Part shown: positions 24,001 through 33,803 of the stretch, in pieces | Layout: each line of letters starts with the position of its first letter | Position numbering within the stretch: position 1 is the first letter of the stretch | Origin: Squalus acanthias | Taxonomy: Eukaryota | Assembly: GCA_030390025.1 (NCBI GenBank) | Contig: CM059437.1 | Span: 76,260,001 to 76,324,000 of the forward strand | DNA: 64,000 nt | Direction of reading: 5' to 3' | The notes under the pieces: model-generated | The model's input: the letters and a program-made list of their open reading frames with translations, nothing else | Told to the model about the DNA's origin: nothing | Database searches by the model: none | Made by a program: the position numbers and the translations under genes

Positions 24001-25943
24001 CCTTCAGGAAGGAACCATCACACAGCTTGGGCTCATTGCCACATGGCGTACTTCAAGGTGATGCACGATTTGCTCATTGAGATCCCCTGGATAGTCAAAA
24101 AGGTTTCAAAATATACCCCCATGCAGCTTTTTCAGTAGCAAGAATATAGGTGTGCAGCCATGAGTAGCTCACAGTACAACTAGTTCTGCCAATTGTACAC
24201 AACTTCTTGCAACTACTGGTAGGGTAATTTAACTATAGCCTGGCAATTAGGGTCATCAACTCTGGTTGGCTGTATTCCTGGATGCATCACCACACGAGCT
24301 CCTGTCTCCACTATTGGTCACCCAACATGTCCATACTCAGTGCTCTAGCCCCACATCAGTTGCAAAGCAACTAGACCATTATCTGATTGGATGATTCTTG
24401 ACTGTCAAACAGCAGCAATATTTTTAGAACTAGTAAACAAAATGGTCAATGATTTTAAAAACATTTAACACCTCTAGGATTTTTCCATGCAGCAATGTCC
24501 TGGAGATATGAGTCATTAATTCCTGGAGACTCCAGAGCAATCTTGAGGGTTGGTAACCCACGAGATAAAATTCAATTTGGAATTAGACACCAGTTTGGTT
24601 ACTATGTGCAGTACCTCACTGTTCACCCATCATAGCATTGGTGTTTAAAGATTAAGCCATCATCCAACTTTAGAAAGCAAGACATTGATACTATACACAA
24701 GACCAACTTCCTGTGTACTCAAGGCAAGGGGTGGAAGAAAAGTAGTTCTCACTACATTTACCATGCACAGGCAAGAAACTCACTCCACAGCATGTCTTCT
24801 ACCTCCCCTAACACCACAAAACACACCACTCGTTATAGAAAAGTATCTCACCAGTCATTATTTTCATGGAAAAGACCAAGCTGCCATCTCCAGCCAGAAA
24901 CCCAGTTACCGGAAATGCTGTTGAGGGTACAGGTACTTCATCCCTAGAGAAAGAACAGGGACATTAACTGATGTGTCCAAATTCAGCCCGAGTGCTGGCC
25001 ACAGGGCAAGAGGTGGCTATTTTAAACTTGACTTTCAGCCAATGTGGGGTCAGGAGAAGCCAACAGCCACAAAGCAACTGGCCAAATACAGCAATTAAAT
25101 AGACTCAAGTGTCTGGACATTTTGTCTCATTACTCCAGACTTATTACAAAAGCAAAATACTGCAGATGCTGGAAATCTGAAATAAAACAAGAGATGCGGG
25201 AAACACTCATTGACCTGAAACGTTAAATGTTTCTCTCTCCATTGATGCTGCCGGACCTGAGTATTTCCAGCATTTTCCAGACGAGTGGTGTTAAAAACCA
25301 GCCAATAATATACACAAACTATGGAACCTACGAGGAGGCCACAGAGCAAGTTAGTAGTGACATTAAGGTTTACTGTGCTGAGTGAGAGATCCCCAGGCTG
25401 GGGTTGGATCTTACACTGGATAGCGACATTCCAGGCGAGTGCTGAGCTGCTCCATCCCAGAGGCTGGGCTGGCTTCATACTTCAGGTAGTTCCAGTAAAC
25501 CATCTCCTTATCGGTCACCTGAGAGGGGTAACAAAAAGGGAGGGTCAGAACTCCAGCCTGGAGTTAGGACAACAGCCCGAGCGGGCGGTAGAGCCTCTCA
25601 CACCCACCAGTCGGCCAGCCCGGCAATCCTGTAGTTCATACTGGAAGGAGAGGACTCGGGGGGAGCTGAAGCCTGAAGCAGGGCAGTTTCCCAGCCGGAA
25701 AGCCGAGGCCTCAACGCCAGCGAAGAAATCCAGCGATACAAACACAGTCAGGGTAGAGTTGCCGCAGGAGTGAGCGATGCCATGTTGAAGAACTGAAATA
25801 GAAAGAAAGTTAGAGCTGGAGAGGAGAGAAATGCATCAATTCAGAGCTACCGACCGTAAAAAAAAAATACAAATAAAACCTGTTTGTTGCTCGCCAGCCA
25901 CAACAACCACCAAGAACAGCACTAAACTCCCGAGACAAATCAT
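21065..25943 (-). CDS. ZP3: Zona pellucida ZP3/ZPC-like egg-coat protein, copy 1 (intact, 10 exons, 376 aa)
   Basis: Exons 25943-25880, 25792-25608, 25518-25415, 24943-24852, 23512-23332, 23250-23139, 22391-22300, 21775-21681, 21601-21506, 21174-21065; all GT-AG with matching phases, 1131 nt. Signal peptide MICLGSLVLFLVVVVAG; four ZP-N Cys; IHP LVFSMKIMTDDW; ZP-C Cys; ZP3-specific CDCCNSIC; furin site RHKR; EHP VGPLRV; TM VMLLATPLLACFLGVLLLSLY. Exact paralogue subtype unknown. Confidence 0.92.
24248..24560. mobile_element. Short hAT-like MITE in ZP3 intron 4 (all units)
   Basis: Degenerate TIRs TAGGGT(TG)TCAAC ... GTTGGTAACCC; clearest in unit 4 near 62034. Confidence 0.5.
25148..25280. repeat. 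Short inverted remnant of a common elasmobranch repeat, probably a Penelope-like terminal repeat (all units; related sequence at 3960-4050)
   Basis: AAATACTGCAGATGCTGGAAATCTGAAATAAAAC followed by the oppositely oriented GACCTGAAACGTTAA...TATTTCCAGCATTTTC. Family call is from recall. Confidence 0.45.
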
Positions 25944-25992
25944 TTTAGAGCAGGCTGGGCTACTGACTGCAGGAAAGGGGGGTCGAGAGCTG

Positions 25993-26085
25993 TTTTATAA
26001 CGAGCCCCATTAACACTCTGACACCTGCTCATTCAAGGTCATTTAAATTCCTGAGCCAAACCATCACTCGGACACTTGATCCAAT
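25993..26085 (-). promoter_or_regulatory. ZP3-like proximal promoter: TATA box, E-box, nuclear-receptor extended half-site, CCAAT
   Basis: TATAAAA (minus, 25993-25999) 50 nt upstream of the ATG; CAGGTG 26022-26027; TCAAGGTCA 26033-26041; CCAAT 26081-26085; all retained in the four copies. Confidence 0.65.
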
Positions 26086-26234
26086 TTACAGGCCCATTAA
26101 AAATCTGGAGAATGTGTGGTGATCACTCAGGAAAGCAACAAGGATTTAGCAACAGCGAGGGAAGGAGAAACACGTGGCGATTCACCGTCAGTTTTTTTTC
26201 ACTCAGCAAGGCTGAGGGGTTTATTCATTACCAT

Positions 26235-26884
26235 GGGCTAGAAATTCGGTGCATTTGCACCTCTCGGGGCACAAACGACTTCTTGCGCAGGCGCGGCGCT
26301 GCTAACGACTCCCGCTAAATTCAGCGGGAGTTTAGTGGTGGCGGTAAATGGTAGCGCCCCACTCCGTTGCGCAGGCGATGAGGACGTCATCAACGTGCGC
26401 AGAGCCCCGTTTTTGCCCCGCCTGCAAAATTGGCCGTGCCCCCTGAATCTGCGCCAGGGCGATGACAGCGACCGATTCAGGGGGCGGGAACGGAGCGGCA
26501 GGAGGCTCGCGGGTCGGTAAGTAAAGGGGAGGTGGTGGGTGGGGGAAAAAAATCATCCGACTTACTTGTCGCGGCCCGTTGCCTCTTTGAACGCGGAGTC
26601 CATGCCGCGATCTGGCAGCCTCTGATGCTGGCACGGCACCCCGCTCCCCGGTGGTCCAGGTAGGGCCCTGCAGAGTTGTGGGCTTGGGCCCTCCCCTTTA
26701 ATGAGGGGAGGAGCCCTTCCATGCGGCAGTGCTACGTGGCCCAGTGCATAGTGCTGCAGAACACACCGCCCCGATATTCAGCATTAGCGCTCTAAGAAGG
26801 AAGTGGAGCTCTTAAATTAGCGCTCCACCTCCCTCTTGGGGTGCTAAAACTGAAGTTACCGGTCGCTAATGAATTTTTCCCCCC
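26235..26884. mobile_element. GC/CpG-rich TIR element of the 3252/5133 family (also about 39155-39804 and 51714-52352)
   Basis: Ends GGGCTAGAAATTCGG and ATGAATTTTTCCCCCC; shares GGAAGTGGAGC..TAAAT..GCTCCAC with the 3252 element. Confidence 0.65.
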
Positions 26885-26895
26885 GTGTGTATTAT

Positions 26896-27821
26896 CAGGG
26901 CTGGCGTTAGGGTAAATGGCTTGGGTGAACTTGTATTTTGGCGCCTTTCTTTGAGATTAAGTATGTAGTAGTATTAGCAAAAGTTTCAGAAATAAAGCTG
27001 TAATCTCAAAAGTTTTTTTATAATTTAAATGATATAAAGCATAAAAAATAACAATATAGCTAAGTGACAATTAAACTAAACATTAAATTAAACACTAAAT
27101 TAAATAACAATAACAAATTTAAAAAACTTTGTTCATCAAGATATTTTGAACCACATCATGCTGGACAGACAGGATGGCCAGCAAAGATAGCCTGTTGTCT
27201 CCCATGGTCGATCGCAATATGTTTTTATGAGCTTCAATTTCAAGAAGCTCCGTTCGCTGCTCGCCACCGATACGGGCATGGTTAACAGGATCCTGAGTGC
27301 CATCCGTCGCCACCGATACGGGCATGGTTAACAGGATCCTGAGTGCCATCCATCGCCACCGATACGGGCATGGTTAACAGGATCCTGAGTGCCATCCGTC
27401 GCCACCGATACAGGCATGGTTAACAGGATCCTGAGTGCCATCCATCGCCACCGATACGGGCATGGTTAACAGGATCCTGAGTGCCATCGATCGCCACCGA
27501 TACGGGCATGGTTAACAGGATCCTGAGTGCCATCCATCGCCACCGATACGGGCATGGTTAACAGGATCCTGAGTGCCATCCATCGCCACCGATACGGGCA
27601 TGGTTAACAGGATCCTGGGTGCCATCCATGTGTGTGGGAACTTGCTCTTGGAACTTGAAGTTTGCTCTTCTTGTGCAGCACTACAGTCTGTTGGAAGCAG
27701 ACTTTGGATATTGCCAAGTTCTTGTCAGAGATCGACGTCGTTAATGTCAAACCCTCTTGACCACGTTGCCACCCCTGACCATGGTGCCCTGGGCGGGTGC
27801 CCACCTGTAAGGCCGGCCCTA
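26896..27821 (-). mobile_element. Internally deleted hAT DNA transposon (units 1-3)
   Basis: TIRs CAGGGCTGGCGTTA and TAAGGCCGGCCCTA; minus-strand remnant ALRILLTMPVSVASSERSFLKLKLIKT / LRSTMGDNRLSLLAILSV is the hAT C-terminal dimerisation domain. Confidence 0.85.
27262..27629. repeat. 46-bp minisatellite, 8 copies
   Basis: CGCCACCGATACGGGCATGGTTAACAGGATCCTGAGTGCCATCCRT repeated with an exact 46-bp period. Confidence 0.97.
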
Positions 27822-29723
27822 TATACTGTGACAAAAGCAGCCCATAACTATTCAACCTGGAATTTACAGAAACTTGCAGTACAATAATTGCCACAATTCT
27901 GTGCCCCAGTGTGTGCCCTGTATTGAGGCCTCAGCTTTACACACTATTAATGACATGCATTAAAGAATAGAGAGTTGTATATCAAAGTTAGGAGGGACAG
28001 CAAGTTACATAGATGGAGCAGGAAGTTAAAAGGACATACACAGATTAAGTGACCAGGCAAAACTCTGGCTAATGGAGTTCAGTGTGGAAATGTGGGAGGT
28101 CATCCACTTTAGATCCAAGAAAGACAAATCACAAGTATTTTCTTTATAATGAGAAATTAGGAACTCTGCAGGAGCAAAGATTTGGGTGTTTATGTAAACA
28201 ATAACTAAAGGCTAATGGACAGGTACAAAAAGTAATCAGAAAGGCTACTGGAATATTGACCTGTATCTCAAGGGGGCTGAAATACAAAGGGGAAGAGGTT
28301 ATTCTGTTGTCAAAGAAGCTTGGGCAGAGCCCATCTAGAGTACTGCATTCTGTTCTGGGTACCACAGTTCAGGCAGGATAGATTGACTGCTGAGGGGGCT
28401 ACAGTGCCAATTTACCAGAATGATACCAAGGTTTAAATAACAGGTTTCACAAACATAGCTTGCATTCCCTTTAAAAAAGATTGAGGGGTGATCTAATTGA
28501 GGTGTTTAAAATGACAAAAGGATTTGTTAGGGTAGATAGAGAAACTTCCTTTTTAGGGGAAATCTGGAACAAGGCTGCAGCAGGTGACATCAGCGACAGC
28601 TCCCAGTCCACCATTGTATCGGTAGGTCACCAAGGTTCTCCACACCAAGAACACTTGCATCTTTCCCAATGGACAGGTTTCCACAGGGTACCAGGTGCCA
28701 TAGACTGCACTCACATTGCCTTTTGTACACCCCATCACCATCCTGGCATCTGATTAGAAAGGGATTCCATTCCCCTCAGCCAGCTTGTTTGTGCCCACAG
28801 GCAGCCTTCATACAGTTCTGCCTAGTTTCCTCTCAGCAGTCACTGTTCATTCATCCTCTGCCAGTTCCATGGGCTTTATTCCAACCAGGCCATCAGGTTA
28901 CAGGCTGGCCACTGGGTCAGGTTACTGGGCAGCAACAACTATCCCCTTCAGACTTGACTCAAGATTGCGGTCATGAATCGAAGCACAGCTGGCCTACAAC
29001 AAAAGTCTATTTAAATGTTGCCCATTGGTCAGGGATGGGGTGTCAGCTTGGCTCAGTTGGTAATGTGCTCACCTCAGTCAAAAGGTCATGGCTTCAAGCC
29101 ACCACTTCGAGTGCAGTACTGAGTGTAATCTTATGCTAGTGAACTGAGACCCTGTCTGCCTGTTTAAGTGGTCATAAAAGATCCAATGGCACTATACAAA
29201 AGGAATGGGGGACGGTGCCTGGTCAACATTTGTCCCTTAACTAACACCAACCAGATTAACTGGTCATTACTCCAATTGCTTTTTGTTGGAATTTGGCTGC
29301 CACTTTGCTTACATAACTACACTTAAATAATTCATTGGCTGTGAAATCCAGTGAATGAAAATGCCAGTTCTTACTTACGAATTACCCTTTCCTCTTTTCT
29401 TCCCCCACCCAATTAGTGTAGGGGCAGGAGTCATAGCTGAAAGGACTGACCAGAAAGGGATGCAAGAGTAGGTTAACTTGGAAATACTGGTGACTTTTGT
29501 TGCAACATTAGATTTGACATCTGCTTGCAGCAACTGGTTACATTTAAAATGTGCTTTTTCTAGGCGTGTGAGCATTAAATGCTCACATTTTTCTGTTAAA
29601 ATTGGGATTAATTAAAATATAACTAGTATACAATATATAGACTAACTTATCTTGTGGCAGGTATGCAACTTCAGGTGAGGGCAGACAATGATGGGCACCA
29701 GAACTCTGCCAATTGCAAAATGG

Positions 29724-29991
29724 AGAAGTCTGCTTTCTTGCATCTCTGTAGATACTTGATGTCTGTTGATATGCGCGATCTTCTTGGAGATCCTCTCCAC
29801 TTTGAGCCGGTAGTTTGTGGTGTCGATAATGGCCATGATGCGGAGAGATGCAAGAAAGCAGATCTCCGCATCATGGCCACTATCGACACCACAAACTGCC
29901 GGCTCAAAGTGGAGAGGATCTCCAAGAAGATCGCGCATATCGACACAGACATCAAGTATCTACAGAGATGCAAGAACGCAGATCTCTGCAT
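29724..29991. mobile_element. 268-bp palindromic insertion with 14-bp target-site duplication, probably Penelope-like element derived
   Basis: TSD CAATTGCAAAATGG at 29710-29723 and 29992-30005; inverted arms 29729-29846 and 29863-29982; empty site in units 1 and 3. Confidence 0.85.
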
Positions 29992-31303
29992 CAATTGCAA
30001 AATGGCCAGCAGAGGGTGTCTGAGCAATGCATTTTCCTTCTGTAAATTACCTCAATAGGTGAAGGGAAGAGAAAAGTTAGAGCCCTTTCCACACCACTCA
30101 GATGGATGAAATTGCCAATTTTGTAACAAATGTATGAAAAGGACAGAAATCAGCCCCATTAAGCCAACCTCAATGTTATCACATCCATAACTAGGCCATC
30201 TCCTGGACTGGGCAAATTAAGCCCCCCTATCTGCCAACTCAGGAAAAGCAGAAATACCTTTGACAACTTAAGGGGGGAAAAAAGGGAGTGGAGTAAAACT
30301 CCAGGAATATGCAGTGGCCCATGATCTCAAATCACAACTAACTATCAACTTACCTTCTACAAATCAAAATGTCCCTTTGTCAGGAACTAGTTAAATTCCT
30401 TTTTTTTAAAAAAAAACTGTAGAGACTCCTTACCCACTAGATCTTGAGCCTGTTTGAGGCTCTAAAAAGAAATCCTTCCTGACATTTAACCTAACTTTGG
30501 CCATGATTTTATATACATGCACACCCAGCTCAGATCATCTATCAACAGACGGAGTCCAATCCTATCATTTTAAAGACCTCAAATCATTTGAGGAAAGTAG
30601 GTTGGGGTGGGGAGGAAAGTTACCTAAAGGCACGAAAAGGGGTGGGTGGGTCTCCTGGTTCAAAAAGGAGAACCAAGGGCAGTTTGGATTCCATTCTGGT
30701 GCTACCCTTCCCCACAAGGCTGCTTGACCCTACTCCCAATATTGCCAGATCCCAGCAATCCCCAATACGGCCAGACTGTTCCCCTCAAGACTTCTCCCTA
30801 GACTGCCTCCACTCCCAGATCCTAGGACCCCCCCCCCCCCGCCATCTCCATCCTTTGATCTAGACTGCATTCCTACTGCTTCCAATCCCAGAACCACCCC
30901 TAATGTTCAGAGATATCCCTCCAGTGTTGCCTGATCCCAAGACCCCTTTACGAATGATTGGATTTCAGGATGCTCCCAAACCCTGCCCCTCAAAATACTG
31001 CAATACTAGAGACCACCATCCCAATGCTCCTAGAATCCAAGACCACCCCCAATGCATATAGTGTCACTGGTAATACTACTTAGCATAACACCCCTATTTT
31101 GACCTTCAACAGTGCTACAGCAGATCTGAGTGTATAGATGTTGCCCCCCAAAAAAAGTCAAAACCTACCACATGTCCTTTTTAAACAAAGTACATATTTC
31201 TGTTGCTGCCTGTGACTCGACCAATTTAGTGCAAAGGTCAACTTTATGGTGGAATTGCTCTCCTAAAAAGTACACATTTCTTCAGTTGAACATGGAGCTT
31301 TAA

Positions 31304-31750
31304 CATAAACATAGAAACTAGGAGCAGGAGTAGGCCATTCGGCCCGTCGAGCCTGCTCCACCATTCAATACGATCATGGCTGATCATCCAAATCCAGTAC
31401 CCTGTCCCTGCTTTCTCACACAGAATCCCCATCGAGCCTGCACTGACACATATCCCACCCTATCCCCGTAACCCCACGTATTTAATTCCCCCTAACATAT
31501 CCCATCCTATCCCCGTAACCCCACATATTTAATCCCCCCCTAACACTAAGGGTCAATTTATCATAGCCAAATCAACCTAACCCGCACATTTTTGGACTGT
31601 GGGAGGAAACCGGAGCACCCGGAGGAAACCCACGCAGACACGGGGAGAATGTGCAAACTCCACACAGACAGTAACCCGAGGCCAGATTCGAACCCGGGTC
31701 CTTGGCGCTGTGAGGCACCAGTGCTAACCACTATGCCACCGTGTTGCCCA
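31304..31750 (-). mobile_element. HE1-like V-SINE (tRNA head, V domain, CR1 tail), private to unit 2
   Basis: Reverse complement of the element at 41423; interrupts GGAGCTTTAA|ATTCAC, which is contiguous in the other units. Confidence 0.9.
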
Positions 31751-33803
31751 TAAATTCACATTATAGGGACCCTGGAACTTTGAGAAGGTACTATTGGCAT
31801 TCAGTTGAAATTAGACCATCTCACCTTTTACTCGGGGTACTGAAACTGCAGATTAGTGTTAAACCCATCATATGAAAATGTTGCACTGATGCAGTCAATT
31901 ATTCTTACTAGTTGTCTGCTATATTTTGGGTTGGTGTTCAGAAGGGGCCTTCATTTTCCAAGTGGGAGAAGGCATATGCAGAAAAATTGGTATAAATTCC
32001 AGTCAAAGGCCACATCTTTCAGTGCAAAGCATTCAGGATGGCAGCACTCACCTGAATTAATGAATCAGCTGGCTTCAACCAACCATTTTCATAAATATTT
32101 CATCGAATGAAAAAGGATTCAGGCCTCAAATAACTGAGTGAGTTTACACTTTATGGACCAAGTGGGTAGTTTACCAACTTTGTGCTTTTACAAATGATAT
32201 TCAATAGTGTGGAGAATTAGAAAGGATTGCAAAATCACAAGTATTGTAGTAAATTATTGGCTGATTGCTGTATATTTCAGCCAAGCAATATCAAAAATCA
32301 CCTTCATTCACCATCAAATGTCACCAAACCAGTTAATTTGTTTCTCAAACCAAGAAATCTGGAACCAGCAACTTCCACAAAATGAACCAAAATTGCTCAA
32401 ATAATTTCTGCAGTTTAAGCCACCATTTTCTTCTACTTAGTATGTACAGCCAAACCGAACGTTTATAACAAGTGTAACAAAATGCAATCTTAACCAGGGT
32501 GTCATGTTGAATATTAGATCTGTGAAGCCAGTGTCTTACAGCTTCAGCAAGATATATTTTCACCTCTGATGGAGTAAATTGTCCATTGCTGTAATACAGG
32601 CAATCAGCTCTAGATTGCAGTGAATATTAGAAGTCACAATGTCCTGGCTTACTCCTGAGCAATATCACAGGAAAGCCACTAGTAAATAGAAAGCATCTCT
32701 TTAGTGGGCATCAAACCTTTTTTGCATTGAGAGAGACTTGTGGCAGTGTTTCAGTGAGGAGACAAGCAAGATTGAGGCCCACATGGGGTCAGACAGGATT
32801 GTCATTATTACCAGAGGCTACATTCAAGTTAATTTGTAGGTAGAGAGGCTGAATGGGCTAGAGCACATTCTACTGTCACTGCATTAACTTGACTAAAAGG
32901 AGAGGTTTACTAGACAAATTCATTGACAAAATGACAGCTTGCCAATTCATATCTGGTGTTATACTAAAGAGATCACCTTTCATAAGATTGGAGAAGCATG
33001 TGATTTTAGCATCAGTTAGCAGGGGGGGGGGGGGTTGCCCACTATTACAGTAGCATGATAGGTGGGGAGGAGTTATGTTTAATACAGGAGCCACTTACAT
33101 ACAAGGGGAGTGATACCAACCCAGAGAATCTGAATCAGACAGACATCTACTACACTGTCAAAATGCAGATTATAGACCAGCATACAAGATATGCCATAAA
33201 CTGCAGCCCCATAACTGGTTTGCTTTTGGAAATAGATTTTAAGCAGCTAGACATTGCTGAACAATTGATTAAAGGAACATTACAACCAAAGGTTAAAGCC
33301 AAATTACCCATTTCACATTGAAACCTCAGACAAAGCAATGTTAACATGCAAATAGCAATCCCAATTCTCTCCTGTACATTATATCCAACTGTGCCGAGGA
33401 ACCAATCCAACTTTACAAGTTGCAAAAAGTTTACAAACTCGACCCCTAGTAATGATGTTGCAAGCTGGCAGCAACTAAAAGCATTAGTGCAATACAAGAG
33501 CAGTTAGCTGCATTCCAGATGAGCATGCTCATCAAGATCTACACAATTTAAATAAACAATTTGCTTGCCAAAAGGTGGTATAGCACTATTGTATTAAGGG
33601 CCCACAGTCACTACATCAAGATAACCATCATGCAGTGTTGATTTAGGAGTACTGTACAGAACAAGCTCTTCCTAAAAATTCTGAGACCATGCACAAATCT
33701 GCAAAATGTAGCTTTATTTGAGTCAATTACAACTGTTAGAAGTACATTTAACATCTAGGTTGGACAGCTTGCTTCAACTTTGGTAGTCCACCACCTTCAA
33801 TGA

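Noticed and set aside
25321-25773. 150-aa plus-strand ORF (MEPTRR...)
   Set aside because: Antisense shadow of ZP3 exons 2-3; no independent gene signals.
25750-25783. ATG at 25783 as the ZP3 start
   Set aside because: Out of frame and hits TGA after 11 codons; the real start is 25943 in a separate signal-peptide exon.
27262-27629. CRISPR-like array
   Set aside because: Repeats are contiguous with no unique spacers, derive from hAT coding sequence, and there are no cas genes; the DNA is vertebrate.
29642-30058. Overlapping 98-134 aa ORFs on both strands as toxin/antitoxin-like genes
   Set aside because: They are a by-product of the palindromic insertion.
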